The position numbers and the translations under genes are program-made. The notes under the pieces are model-generated. The model saw only the letters and a program-made list of their open reading frames with translations. It was not told where the DNA came from and searched no databases. Shown piece after piece: positions 9,708 to 20,065 of a DNA stretch of 64,000 nt; the stretch's first letter is position 1; each line of letters begins with the position of its first letter. The stretch covers positions 1 to 64,000 of IMG/VR virus record IMGVR_UViG_3300031963_000006. The stretch is one strand, 5' to 3'.

Positions 9708-11621
9708 TTATATTTTTTTACCAAATGCGGATGATGGAACAGTTAATCCGGCCGGAGTTATTGCCAAAGAACCTATTGCTATTTGAACTTTACCATTTTC
9801 TGCCTCCTCAACTGACATGGCTTTCATTTGACCCAACATACTTAAAACGGTTAGATTAGGACTACCATCAGGCATGGGACCAGTGGGTATCCCTAACTTT
9901 TGTAACTCCTCTATAGTTCCGATAAAGGCTCTTGTTGCCGAATAACCATCCAAAAGTCTACTAGCAAGTGCTAATGGTAAAGGAATTTCCCCACCCCATC
10001 CGGTTGTTGCTATTTGTAATAAACTAAGTAATTCATCAACAACACTTTTACATTCTCTCCAATCCCTAATAAATTGAGCGACTACTATTAATAATTGAAT
10101 CAATTTCAAAATCATTATAATTCTTTTATCCGCCTTTTCTTTGGCTAAATCCAAAATAATTTGTTGAATTAAATTTTTAATATCTTTTTTAATTATATTA
10201 AATAATTCTTTCACAAAAATGGCACCTACCTTTGAAATAAAATCGATTGCTCTACTTTTAAATTCTCTTAAAAAGTCCATCAGACTATTAATTTTATCAT
10301 CAATATTATTACCTATTGATTTTAACATTATCATGATTGGGAGTAATATTTTTGGTACCATCATCCCTGAAACTAATCCTTGAGATATTAGTTGAATAAA
10401 ATTAAGATTAACAGACGCTTGAATATCTCCCCTCAATCCAATTTTTGTCCATTCAGGGTTATTAATTAAAGAATCGGTAATATTACTGGAAGCCTCTACT
10501 AAATCATCATCAGGTATGAAATTTAATTGGTCTAATGAATCAATAATAGATGAAGCGTCCACTGGAAGTTTTACCTCAGTACAATCCAAATACTCAACAA
10601 CTCCCTTTTTAACATTTTCAACCTCTTGTTCAATAGTCCTTAAATCTAAGTCAGTAAATTCAAAAAAAGATTCATCAATATTATCTAACTCACCTATTTT
10701 CGCAATTCCGCTAACATCAATCTGTTGTTTATTATCAAAACATAACCCCAAAATCCTTTGTAATATTTTCTCGAATTTTTTTTGGTCAGTTACTTCAACA
10801 ATACCGATATCGGCTTTAATACTTACGGCACCACTTAGTGAATTCATAATTTGAGCCATAGTTACATTAAAGTCAAAAATTTTAATAGACTGATAATAAT
10901 CAACCATAAATTCTTTAACTTTATTTATTGATAGATTTCTATCCTGTAAACTAACTTTAAAATATGGACCCGTCTCACCTATGGCATTAGTCTCAACATA
11001 TTGAATATCAAATAAATCCTGGCCAGATGACCCTTTATAATATGTACCATAGTCACCAAAATATGAAGACGAGCTTTGGATTCTATTCCAAAGTTCACGA
11101 TTCATAGAAAATGGATATAACTGAGGAGCACTTGCCGGCTCTCTTTCATATAAAATTTTACCAGGTTTTTCTAATGGACTATAATTAAGTAAGATTTTAC
11201 CAATGTCGACTGATTTAACCTTTATGTATATATCTTGAGGTGTGTATTCTTGGTCTTGGTTACATCCAACCATATTAAAACTCTCTTCCAAAAGTAACTC
11301 TTTGATTTGAGGTTCACAATTTTTTAAAGTCCTAATTAATTGTTTTTTTAAATAATTAATTGTGTTTGACCCATATGGTGACGACAAATTATTTATGTCT
11401 AAGAGTTGAGAAAATTGGTTTTTTACTTCTCTTTGATATCGGTTAACTTGTTTTTTTACATCATTTAAAGAAGTTGTGACATCTGACTTATTTTGTTCAA
11501 AACTATCTCCTACCTTTTTTGTTAACTTATCATAATCACCCTTTAATGAGTTATACGATTTATTAGCCTTGATTTTATCTTGAACCTTTTTATAGTCAAC
11601 ACTTACATCAACTGACGCCAT
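9708..11621 (-). CDS. large hypothetical protein, putative structural
   Basis: 637 aa ORF with helical N- and C-terminal regions, co-oriented with the gp5-like gene. Confidence 0.7.
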   Translation of the reverse strand: MASVDVSVDYKKVQDKIKANKSYNSLKGDYDKLTKKVGDSFEQNKSDVTTSLNDVKKQVNRYQREVKNQFSQLLDINNLSSPYGSNTINYLKKQLIRTLKNCEPQIKELLLEESFNMVGCNQDQEYTPQDIYIKVKSVDIGKILLNYSPLEKPGKILYEREPASAPQLYPFSMNRELWNRIQSSSSYFGDYGTYYKGSSGQDLFDIQYVETNAIGETGPYFKVSLQDRNLSINKVKEFMVDYYQSIKIFDFNVTMAQIMNSLSGAVSIKADIGIVEVTDQKKFEKILQRILGLCFDNKQQIDVSGIAKIGELDNIDESFFEFTDLDLRTIEQEVENVKKGVVEYLDCTEVKLPVDASSIIDSLDQLNFIPDDDLVEASSNITDSLINNPEWTKIGLRGDIQASVNLNFIQLISQGLVSGMMVPKILLPIMIMLKSIGNNIDDKINSLMDFLREFKSRAIDFISKVGAIFVKELFNIIKKDIKNLIQQIILDLAKEKADKRIIMILKLIQLLIVVAQFIRDWRECKSVVDELLSLLQIATTGWGGEIPLPLALASRLLDGYSATRAFIGTIEELQKLGIPTGPMPDGSPNLTVLSMLGQMKAMSVEEAENGKVQIAIGSLAITPAGLTVPSSAFGKKI

Positions 11622-11626
11622 AATTA

Positions 11627-12001
11627 TTATTTTTTCATTTTATATGATTCATCCATTTTGGATAAATCTTTCTCCATTAGACTTTGAATTACTTCATCAT
11701 CAACATTTAAGTCAGACAGTGTAAATGATTCTTTAGACGAATTACTTTTTTCCCAAATACTAGATTGGAGTTTTGATAAACTTAATTTTTTCTCAACACA
11801 ATCATTTATGATTTTTTGTTGTTCTTTGATGATAGGACCAAGAACTGTCATGTCCTCGGTCTCTTTCATTAACGAAAGCATTTTGTTTTGAATCCTAATT
11901 GCGGTATTTCTTTGTTCAACTAATTCATTGTAGATTTCCTGCATAAGAGCAAGTATCGACTCTTGAGTTAGATTAATTTCTTTTTTTTGTGGTCTGGCCA
12001 T
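11627..12001 (-). CDS. coiled-coil hypothetical protein
   Basis: 124 aa with heptad-like helices. Confidence 0.7.
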   Translation of the reverse strand: MARPQKKEINLTQESILALMQEIYNELVEQRNTAIRIQNKMLSLMKETEDMTVLGPIIKEQQKIINDCVEKKLSLSKLQSSIWEKSNSSKESFTLSDLNVDDEVIQSLMEKDLSKMDESYKMKK

Positions 12002-12005
12002 AATA

Positions 12006-12014
12006 ATAAATATC
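12006..12014 (-). promoter_or_regulatory. GATATTTAT motif upstream of 11627..12001
   Basis: Plus strand ATAAATATC at 12006-12014, only 4 nt before the ATG. Confidence 0.35.
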
Positions 12015-12026
12015 TAAACGCATTTT

Positions 12027-12779
12027 TTATTTTAACATACCTTGGACCAACCCATAATAGATAACTTTATATTTTTTCATAGAGCTTCTAATTTCTTTAG
12101 TACTCAAATTAGTCATTTCTCTCAGAGATAATAAAATAATATTTTTATTAAACTTATTATTTGAAGTCCCTATAAATATGTCATCATAATTTTGAAAAAT
12201 TTCATATAAAGCCTGTCCTAGTTTTAACTCATTTTCGTTTAATGTATCATCCTCCATTAATAACTCTATTTGAATTATAAAATTTTTAATAATTGATTCA
12301 GAATCTAGTGAATCGTTATCAATACTGTATGAAAAATCCGGATTATTTTCCAAATCAGTTGAGATGTCTTCATAAGATATTTTTCTGTTCATATCTTTTT
12401 GGTCTTTTATAATTTGACCCATAAGATAATTTTTACAGATTGTACCAAAATACGAATAAGCCTTCTTTTCTTTAGCCGGCTTAAACTTATCTATTTTGGT
12501 CATTAAAAACGAGTGAGTGTCTATATGAATTTCGTTAAAATCCATATCTTTTCTATATAGCTTATATCTTCTTATTATAGAAGATATCATCTTATCTAAA
12601 GGTTTTCTTAGGTAGTCGTTGTATATTTTGTTTTTTTCTTCAAAAGTACTGGCCGATAAGAATCTTATAACGGCCATTTCTTCTCTTACATCGAAATAAT
12701 TTGCTTGTTTTGGTTTTCTTCCTTTCTTCTTTAACTCAACATTTGTATCACCACTTCCGTTGAATTCTTCAATCATCAA
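12027..12779 (-). CDS. phage RNA polymerase sigma factor (T4 gp55-like late sigma)
   Basis: NYF...AV...N.IYN..L...L.KM.SSII.RY...FLMTKIDKF....KKAYSYFGTICKNYL resembles sigma region 2 and the gp55 NPFAYFT motif. Confidence 0.65.
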   Translation of the reverse strand: MMIEEFNGSGDTNVELKKKGRKPKQANYFDVREEMAVIRFLSASTFEEKNKIYNDYLRKPLDKMISSIIRRYKLYRKDMDFNEIHIDTHSFLMTKIDKFKPAKEKKAYSYFGTICKNYLMGQIIKDQKDMNRKISYEDISTDLENNPDFSYSIDNDSLDSESIIKNFIIQIELLMEDDTLNENELKLGQALYEIFQNYDDIFIGTSNNKFNKNIILLSLREMTNLSTKEIRSSMKKYKVIYYGLVQGMLK

Positions 12780-13579
12780 TTATTGTTTGACTCGTATTTT
12801 ATGGCTCTGTCATTAATAAAGAAATATTCTTTTTTTGCCGATTCAATCCAAAACTTAACTTCATCTTCAACCAAACTTGTCTCACCATTCTTATAGTTCC
12901 AAAATATTGAACCAGTTCTAAAATTGGTATGTTTGTATCCTATTTTAGGAATTGTCATTATTCTAACAGAATTGTATGTCATTCTTAAAAAGAATTCATA
13001 CCCAAATGTTAGTTTAAACGATGATTTCATTAACCCATAGTCGATGAACGCACTTTTACGAATCACCATTCCCGATGTTTGAAAATTTTGGAATTGATGT
13101 AGAGTTTCGTTACTTAGATAACCAATTTCTGATGTCATATTGAGAGCAAAAGTAGCTTCATTGGTAAATCCAACAAATAATCCCTTTTCATCCGTGTCAA
13201 TCACCACAGGTAAAAATGCATCAACATCTTTATAAATTTCTGAATATTTTTTTACATTTTTAAACCATATAGTTGAATATTCATCATCAAATTCAAAAAG
13301 AGATATCCATTCAGACGATGAAGCTCTTACTCCATAGTTAATTTGTTTTGCATAATTTGGTTCATCCGTCCATTTATGTTTTACAACATTTAAATCACCA
13401 AAATCAAAAGAATTCAAAAATTCAACTAGAGATGTTTCATCAGAATGAACAATTACTAATTCATTTATTCGAACTTTTTGAGTTTTGATAGATTCAATAC
13501 ATTTATTGAAATACTCTTCAAACCAAGGAGCCGAAGAAGATTTTATTGGTAAAATTACCGATACATTAAATTTTTCCAT
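12776..13579 (-). CDS. GT2-family glycosyltransferase
   Basis: VSVILPI...CIESIKTQ...ELVIV N-terminus, NYGV..S..EWISLFEFDDEY (DxD-like), and GYEFFLR. Confidence 0.8.
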   Translation of the reverse strand: MEKFNVSVILPIKSSSAPWFEEYFNKCIESIKTQKVRINELVIVHSDETSLVEFLNSFDFGDLNVVKHKWTDEPNYAKQINYGVRASSSEWISLFEFDDEYSTIWFKNVKKYSEIYKDVDAFLPVVIDTDEKGLFVGFTNEATFALNMTSEIGYLSNETLHQFQNFQTSGMVIRKSAFIDYGLMKSSFKLTFGYEFFLRMTYNSVRIMTIPKIGYKHTNFRTGSIFWNYKNGETSLVEDEVKFWIESAKKEYFFINDRAIKYESNNN

Positions 13580-13589
13580 ATTTTTAAAA

Positions 13590-14651
13590 TTATTCTACTG
13601 AAACTAATTTATTTAATTGTTCTTCAAACGAGGTTAATCTTGTATTAATGTAACCTTCAAATAATGAAACTGACTTTTCTTCAAAATATTCTTTCGTTGG
13701 TAGATTTTCTACAGCCTTTAACATCTCTTCATATAATGAATCATTAACATTATCCTCGAGCCAATTTTGTAAGAAATCTGCAACAAAATCCACCATTTGA
13801 ATTTTATTATTAACCCACAAACCATTATCAGAATTCATCCATTGTGGGACCATATTAGGAGTAAGTCCTAAAACAGGTACCCCACACTTCATAGATTCAA
13901 GAGGGAAAGTTCCATAAGAACTAGTTTCATCAATCCAAACGGATAAGAAACAATCTTGAAAAACACTTGCAAATTCTTTTTCAGATAATCCTCTCATATC
14001 TTTGAATGTAACCCATCTATATTGTGGAAACTTTACATAAAAATTCTTAATTAAATTAATACTGTCTCTTTGTTCTCTTGAATGAATTGCGATAATTGGC
14101 TTAGGAGGAAACTGTTGTTTCTCAAAATTATTTGAGATATATGGAGGTAATACATCATATGAAACGTTTCTCATAACGTTTTCTAAATATTCTTTTTGAG
14201 TATCTGAAGTCGTTATACACTTGTAAAATCCAAGTTGATTCCAATTTTCTCCGGGTTGGAGAGTTTCTAAAACATGGTCGTAAGCCTGAGATAATACAAT
14301 TTTACCACAAGGTAATTTTGTTATTTGACTCATAACAAAACCAAATAGTTCAGGAACAATTATAAAATCTTCAGGAGATACCTCCAAATTTTGACCTTCA
14401 ATTGATTTATGAGGTAATTTTTCATCATATTCAGAACCCAACCAACCTGAGACTCCTGTGTAGTCCGTTTTTTCATGAAGCATAACTGGGTTGTATCCCG
14501 AATTTAAAAGAGACATTGCAAATCTGTAAATGTAAGCAACTGATGCCTTAGCATTCCCCTTTGTGTCTTGAACAATAAAGTATATTCTTGATTTTTTATT
14601 CTTTATGTTCTCAATTGATTTTTCTAATTTTGAAATCTGTTCTTGTGTCAT
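13590..14651 (-). CDS. GT-B (GT4-like) glycosyltransferase
   Basis: C-terminal ETSSYGTFPLESMKCGVPV matches the GT4 E.FG...LEAM..G.PV motif. Confidence 0.7.
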   Translation of the reverse strand: MTQEQISKLEKSIENIKNKKSRIYFIVQDTKGNAKASVAYIYRFAMSLLNSGYNPVMLHEKTDYTGVSGWLGSEYDEKLPHKSIEGQNLEVSPEDFIIVPELFGFVMSQITKLPCGKIVLSQAYDHVLETLQPGENWNQLGFYKCITTSDTQKEYLENVMRNVSYDVLPPYISNNFEKQQFPPKPIIAIHSREQRDSINLIKNFYVKFPQYRWVTFKDMRGLSEKEFASVFQDCFLSVWIDETSSYGTFPLESMKCGVPVLGLTPNMVPQWMNSDNGLWVNNKIQMVDFVADFLQNWLEDNVNDSLYEEMLKAVENLPTKEYFEEKSVSLFEGYINTRLTSFEEQLNKLVSVE

Positions 14652-14652
14652 A

Positions 14653-14913
14653 TCAATATTTGTTTAATAATCCTTTATTTAATAATGTATTAAATGATAA
14701 TTTGAATGGAATTGATAGGTCAGAACTCTTTGGTCCCAATGTCTCATCAACTTCATCTTTTTCAGTTAATAATATCTCAGTCATTAACTTAACCATTTCG
14801 TACCTAACTACACTTATATGATTTTCTGAAGTACCAGTATCATTTGGTATACTTATGTAATTATCAATTTCATCTAAATCTAGATAATAGTTTTCATTTA
14901 GTACTTTTAACAT
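14653..14913 (-). CDS. hypothetical protein, 86 aa
   Basis: Tightly packed in the minus-strand run. Confidence 0.7.
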   Translation of the reverse strand: MLKVLNENYYLDLDEIDNYISIPNDTGTSENHISVVRYEMVKLMTEILLTEKDEVDETLGPKSSDLSIPFKLSFNTLLNKGLLNKY

Positions 14914-15509
14914 TCTGTTATTTGTTTTAATGTTTTTTCGAATTCTTTTATAGAGCGTATCATATATAAGGAGTCGATGTTTTTATTATATTCGGTTTCG
15001 AATTTTATAACTATCTTTTCTTTAGGACACTCTAATAATAAAGAAGGGTTTGATGTAAGTAAAACATCAACCTCGCTCCACATTGAGCTCATAGTAATAT
15101 TACTGTAAAATTTAATTTTCTCAACTAAACATCCAAATTTTGATAGAAAAAATAGAGTTGCCGGTTTTGATTTACTAATTTCATCGGAAACTATTAGTAA
15201 TTCGTGGTTATCCCTTAAATTAATATAAATCTCATTTAAATCATTAAACGTGTTATATTCTGATGATTGAGCGTGACCAAAAATTTCCATTGGAAATTCC
15301 TCATATAAAAAAGAATACATTTCATCATCATCTCTAAAACTAAAATGTTTTTTAATTTCCAAATCTTCGACAGGATAAGTTATTTCATATTTAAAATCAT
15401 TTTCATATTCAATACCTTCTGTCTTATCAATCATAAATTTTTGATAAGTCTGTTCTATTTTGTCCAAAGTATTTCTTAAAACTCCGTTTACCTCAATACC
15501 AATTCTCAT
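14907..15509 (-). CDS. HAD-superfamily 5'(3')-nucleotidase-like protein with degenerate motif I
   Basis: MRIGIEVNGVLRN in place of the canonical I.ID.DGVL; K..FL and DVLL motifs are present later. Confidence 0.55.
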   Translation of the reverse strand: MRIGIEVNGVLRNTLDKIEQTYQKFMIDKTEGIEYENDFKYEITYPVEDLEIKKHFSFRDDDEMYSFLYEEFPMEIFGHAQSSEYNTFNDLNEIYINLRDNHELLIVSDEISKSKPATLFFLSKFGCLVEKIKFYSNITMSSMWSEVDVLLTSNPSLLLECPKEKIVIKFETEYNKNIDSLYMIRSIKEFEKTLKQITEC

Positions 15510-16228
15510 TATTCGTATCTTTTTAGAATTTTACTAATTAATGGATTTCTAACAACATCTTTGTTATCGAATTCAAATACACCAACATCAGACAAATCTT
15601 TAAATTTTTCTATAGCGTCCCAAAGCCCCGAGTGTCTTTTATCTTTATATCTATCAGTTTGTTCTAAATCACCTGAAATAAAAAACTTACTATTGAAACC
15701 TATTCTAGTTAATAGTAGTTTCATCTGATTTGGGGTTGAATTCTGAGCCTCTTCGAAAATAAGAATTGAGTTGTCTATATTCATACCTCTCATATAGGCT
15801 AAAGCGAATACCTCAATTACATCTATTTGTTTTAATTTTTCACGAGCCTCCTTACCAATAATTTTATTCATTAGATAGTAAGATGGGAAAATGTAAGGGT
15901 CTAATTTTTCTTCAACATTACCAGGTAGAGAGCCAAGTTTTTCTTCGGCCTCAACTGCGGGTCTTACAATTATGATTTTTTCATATGGGGTTAATGGGTC
16001 TGATAATAAATCCAAAGCCGCTTTCATTGCGATATAACTTTTACCAACACCTGCGGGACCAGAACAAATTGTAATTTGATTATTTATTAATAAATCGTAA
16101 TATTTTTTTTGATTTTCAGATAAAAATTTTTCCTTTGATTTTTTCTTTATTATTTCAGTGATTTGGTCTTTCCTACTCACATTTTTCTTCGGTTCTTCTT
16201 GAACTGAAATAGGTTTTTTTCTTGTCAT
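15509..16228 (-). CDS. phoH: PhoH-like ATPase
   Basis: Walker A GPAGVGKS, IIIVRPAVE, LGSLPG..EEK.DPY, AYMRG, EEAQN, GDLEQ.D and VVR.PL, all PhoH signatures. Confidence 0.95.
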   Translation of the reverse strand: MTRKKPISVQEEPKKNVSRKDQITEIIKKKSKEKFLSENQKKYYDLLINNQITICSGPAGVGKSYIAMKAALDLLSDPLTPYEKIIIVRPAVEAEEKLGSLPGNVEEKLDPYIFPSYYLMNKIIGKEAREKLKQIDVIEVFALAYMRGMNIDNSILIFEEAQNSTPNQMKLLLTRIGFNSKFFISGDLEQTDRYKDKRHSGLWDAIEKFKDLSDVGVFEFDNKDVVRNPLISKILKRYE

Positions 16229-17202
16229 ATATTAATTTTAAAATAATTCATCCAATAGTCAATCATCTCGTCTAACATAGATTCGAATGTGTAATCATGT
16301 AACCATCCTGTAGATTTAATAAGTTTAGAACTATCTCCTTTTAAGTCATGTAATTCTTCAGGTCTCAAAAATTTTTCATCTTGTTTTACGTATTTTACCC
16401 AATCTAATTCTAGTTTACCAAAAACATATTCACATAATTCTCTAACTGAATGAGATACACCTGTTGCACACACAAAATCGTCAGGTTTATCTAACTGTAG
16501 AATTTCCCACATTGCCTTAACATAATCTTTAGCATGACCCCAATCCCGGGTGGCTTCCAAATTGCCTAATCTTAATTCATTTGATAGACCTAATTTAATT
16601 TTAACCGCTTCTTTACATACTTTATTTGTTACAAAGTTAGTTCCTCTTCTTGGTGATTCATGATTAAACAAAATACCGTTTGAGATAAACATTCCATAAG
16701 AATTACGATAATTCCTACAAATATTATAACTAAAAACTTTAGCACATCCATATGGTGAAACGGGATTCATCGGTGTGGTTTCCCTTTGAAATCCGTCAGA
16801 ATCAATAGAATTACCAAACATTTCAGATGAAGATGCTTGATATATTTTAGTATCAGGTTTAATTAGTTTAACGGTCTCCAATAAATTTAAAGTCCCTAAT
16901 CCGGTTACATTTGCGGTATATATTGGTTGGTCAAATGAAATTCTAACGTGAGATTGTGCGGCTAAATTGTATATCTCATCCGGCATTATTTTTTGGATGA
17001 CCCCAACTAAAGAAGACATATCAGTCAAATCTGCGTATTCTAGCGTTATTTTATTATAGACATTATTTAATCTAGCAGTTTGATTTTCCGCAACGGAATT
17101 CCTTTTTAAAATTCCATATACATCATAACCTTTTTCTATTAAAAATTCGGCCAAGTATGAACCATCTTGACCATTTATACCTGTAATTAATGCTTTTTTC
17201 AT
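16225..17202 (-). CDS. gmd: GDP-mannose 4,6-dehydratase
   Basis: KALITGINGQDGSYLAEFL, EIYNLAAQSHV, YQASSSEMFG, SPYGCAK, NHESPRRG..FVT.K and RDWGHAKDYV. Confidence 0.96.
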   Translation of the reverse strand: MKKALITGINGQDGSYLAEFLIEKGYDVYGILKRNSVAENQTARLNNVYNKITLEYADLTDMSSLVGVIQKIMPDEIYNLAAQSHVRISFDQPIYTANVTGLGTLNLLETVKLIKPDTKIYQASSSEMFGNSIDSDGFQRETTPMNPVSPYGCAKVFSYNICRNYRNSYGMFISNGILFNHESPRRGTNFVTNKVCKEAVKIKLGLSNELRLGNLEATRDWGHAKDYVKAMWEILQLDKPDDFVCATGVSHSVRELCEYVFGKLELDWVKYVKQDEKFLRPEELHDLKGDSSKLIKSTGWLHDYTFESMLDEMIDYWMNYFKINI

Positions 17203-18353
17203 AAATTTTTATTAACTATTTGAATTACTTTATTAATTTCATCATAAGTCATTTGATGATTATTTGGAATATATATACCAAGTTCGTGTACCAATTTTGA
17301 GTTAGGCAAATTTTGTTTACCGTATCTTTCATACCAAAATGGATGCTCGTTAATCGAACCACAAATTAAGGGCCGACATTCAATATTATTTTTGATTAAC
17401 TCTTCAGTTAATGATTTGATATTTTTAGTTATAATGGGAAATGAAAAATTTGATATAAATGAATTTTCAGGAGGGGAAATGCTCCAAAAAGTATTTTTAA
17501 TTTCATTTTTATATCTTTCATAATTTTTATTTCTATTAGTTACAATAATATCTAATTTGTCTAATTGACCTAACCCGATAAAGGCTTGTAAATCTGTTGC
17601 TCTTAAATTAAACCCTGGATAATAAAAAGTATAAAGTGACCTAAAATCATCAATATCATACTTTTTTCTTAAAGATTCTTGTTTTTCTTTAGGTAAGTCT
17701 CTGTCCCATCCGTGTGAACGTATTGATAATAAGATATGATATAAATCTTCATCATCAGTAGATATCATACCTCCCTCAATAGTTGATATATGATGTCCAA
17801 AATAAAATGAAAAAGTTGATAGGTCCCCAAAAGTACCCAATAATTTATCTTCATATTTTGAGCCCATTGATTCACAAGTATCCTCAATTAACAAAATATT
17901 ATTTTCTTCACATAATTTAATAATCTCATTCATATGATTTGGAAAACCTAAGACATGAACCAAAATAATTGCTGATGGACTATCATTTTTAATGATATTT
18001 TTTAGATGGTCAATGTCAAGTCCTAAATTATTCATGTCACATTCACACATTATTGGTTCCATACCTAATTGAATTGCTGGCGTGACGGTCGTGACCCAAG
18101 AAACCGCAGGAACCACTATTTTTTTATTCTTTAATCTACCTGATAATATTAAAGAATATATTGCAGCTAAATTAGCTGACGAACCAGAGTTAACAAATAC
18201 TGAATATTTAACCCCTAACCATTTAGACCATTTTTTTTCAAACTCCTCAGTTAATTTTCCCTTAGTTAATCTTGGATTTGTCTCTAACCAATAGATTAAT
18301 TTTTTTATGTCGTCAAAATTGATAGTATCTTTTACTAATGTAATTTTTTCCAT
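17199..18353 (-). CDS. colD: DegT/DnrJ-fold PLP enzyme, ColD-like GDP-4-keto-6-deoxy-D-mannose 3-dehydratase
   Basis: FVNSGSSANL, LIEDTCES and SFYFGHHISTIEGG (His where aminotransferases have the Schiff-base Lys), plus RSHGW and GFNLRATDLQA. It lacks the Cys-rich Fe-S loop of RfbH/E1. Confidence 0.75.
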   Translation of the reverse strand: MEKITLVKDTINFDDIKKLIYWLETNPRLTKGKLTEEFEKKWSKWLGVKYSVFVNSGSSANLAAIYSLILSGRLKNKKIVVPAVSWVTTVTPAIQLGMEPIMCECDMNNLGLDIDHLKNIIKNDSPSAIILVHVLGFPNHMNEIIKLCEENNILLIEDTCESMGSKYEDKLLGTFGDLSTFSFYFGHHISTIEGGMISTDDEDLYHILLSIRSHGWDRDLPKEKQESLRKKYDIDDFRSLYTFYYPGFNLRATDLQAFIGLGQLDKLDIIVTNRNKNYERYKNEIKNTFWSISPPENSFISNFSFPIITKNIKSLTEELIKNNIECRPLICGSINEHPFWYERYGKQNLPNSKLVHELGIYIPNNHQMTYDEINKVIQIVNKNL

Positions 18354-18354
18354 A

Positions 18355-19281
18355 TTATTTTCTTATATTTTTATAATTTTCCTGAAACCATTTAACTGTT
18401 TTTTCTATACCATCTGATAAATCCGTAAATTCAAAATTTTCCGGTACATTAGATATTGCTGGCTTACGATATTGACCCATTGGTTTAGTATTATCGAAAA
18501 TTATGTTATTAAAATCTATATCTAATTTATTACATATTATTTTAGCAATTTCTAATATAGAATGTTCTTGTTTATTAATTGCCATAAATGGTTCATCACT
18601 TTTCCAATTATCGAGTGACCACATTATTAGCCTTGCCAAATCTTCCGAATATATTACTTGACGTAAAGGACTACCATCTCCCCATATTACCATTTTTTCA
18701 GAGTTTTGTTTAGATAAATGAGCCCTATGTATCATAGCTGGAATCATGTGACCATCATCTAAATGAAAATTATCATTTATTCCATAAACATTTGTAGGGA
18801 CAACAGATACCCAATTAGCGTTTAATACTTTTTTAATAATATTTGTCTGATAACCAGATAATCTTTTCGCATATGAATACCCATGATTTGAAAAGTGAGG
18901 AGGTCCTTGGTCAATTTGATTAGGGGTCAACGGAAATGTTATGTTTTTATCAGGAAAAATACACGTTGATAATAAATTAACAAAATTAGGTATTTCATTT
19001 TTAAAACATGACTCAATAATATTATTATTGATAATAAAGTTATCAATAAAAAAACCTTTATTATTTTTCATATTGGCTTGAACTCCTCCGACCTTAGCCG
19101 CACAATGTATTACAGTGTCAATATTATTATGTTTAACATGATATGTTATATAATCAATTGTTTTTTTATTATCTAGAAGATTTATATCTTCTTTTGTGTG
19201 ATAGATTTGATTATCACCTAATATTTTTTTTAAAGCAGACCCTACCAATCCGTTAGAACCTGTCACTAAAATTTTATTCAT
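18355..19281 (-). CDS. GDP-L-fucose synthase / ColC-like epimerase-reductase (extended SDR)
   Basis: ILVTGSNGLVGSA, HCAAKVGG, STCIFP (catalytic Cys), GYSYAKR (YxxxK), PTNVYG..DNF...GHMIP (catalytic His) and WGDGSPLR. Confidence 0.9.
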   Translation of the reverse strand: MNKILVTGSNGLVGSALKKILGDNQIYHTKEDINLLDNKKTIDYITYHVKHNNIDTVIHCAAKVGGVQANMKNNKGFFIDNFIINNNIIESCFKNEIPNFVNLLSTCIFPDKNITFPLTPNQIDQGPPHFSNHGYSYAKRLSGYQTNIIKKVLNANWVSVVPTNVYGINDNFHLDDGHMIPAMIHRAHLSKQNSEKMVIWGDGSPLRQVIYSEDLARLIMWSLDNWKSDEPFMAINKQEHSILEIAKIICNKLDIDFNNIIFDNTKPMGQYRKPAISNVPENFEFTDLSDGIEKTVKWFQENYKNIRK

Positions 19282-20063
19282 AATTTAATCCAATTTTCGC
19301 ATCCTATTTCTGAAGTATCTAAAAACTGAACTCCAAACCAGTTAGATGGATATATTACTTTTTTATTATCATTATTATTTAACCAAGCTCCCCACCAACT
19401 AAAACTTGAGTTCGCAATTATATTATTCTTACACATTGACATTAGATATAAATCTTGATAGTCTATGTTTCCATTAATAAACGTTTTATTTTTAATAAAC
19501 CCTAAATTTTCTTTACACCAATCAATGTCGTCAGAAAAAATTAAGTAGTCCAAATCCTCACCAATTTTTGACACGGATTCTTTATAATAGTTTATAGTTT
19601 GTACCGGGTGAAAATGAGATTTTTGAACATAATTACCACGTCTAACATGTAGTGAACAAGTGTTTCCAGATAGAACATCTGAATATTTCATAGTAATAAA
19701 TTCATATGTTTCAGAGTCAATCTCAAATAAATTTAAAATATCTTGTCTTAAATTTTTAAAATATTTTTCATTTTGATAATAACCTTTTAATTTTAGATTA
19801 TTTTTAGGGTTTGGTATTTCAGAATATTGTATGGGTTGAATCGGTTCATGAGACGAATAGTTTGAGTACTCTGAAACAAATTTTATTTTTCTAAATATAT
19901 TATTATAGTATAAATCAATTGGGCTATGAATTATAGATATATCCGAAATATCAACAACCATTTCTCTATTATCTCTAATTGATGTGTAATATGAAGCCGC
20001 TATTTGAAATATGTAGTTTCCTAACCCCCCTTTTAATTGAGGAGACACCAATAATTTTTCCAT
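19278..20063 (-). CDS. GT11 alpha-1,2-fucosyl/colitosyltransferase
   Basis: GGLGNYIFQIA, LKGYYQNEKYF, SLHVRRGNY, YLIFSDDIDWCKENL and MCKNNIIANSSFSWWGAWL. Confidence 0.92.
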   Translation of the reverse strand: MEKLLVSPQLKGGLGNYIFQIAASYYTSIRDNREMVVDISDISIIHSPIDLYYNNIFRKIKFVSEYSNYSSHEPIQPIQYSEIPNPKNNLKLKGYYQNEKYFKNLRQDILNLFEIDSETYEFITMKYSDVLSGNTCSLHVRRGNYVQKSHFHPVQTINYYKESVSKIGEDLDYLIFSDDIDWCKENLGFIKNKTFINGNIDYQDLYLMSMCKNNIIANSSFSWWGAWLNNNDNKKVIYPSNWFGVQFLDTSEIGCENWIKL

Positions 20064-20065
20064 AA

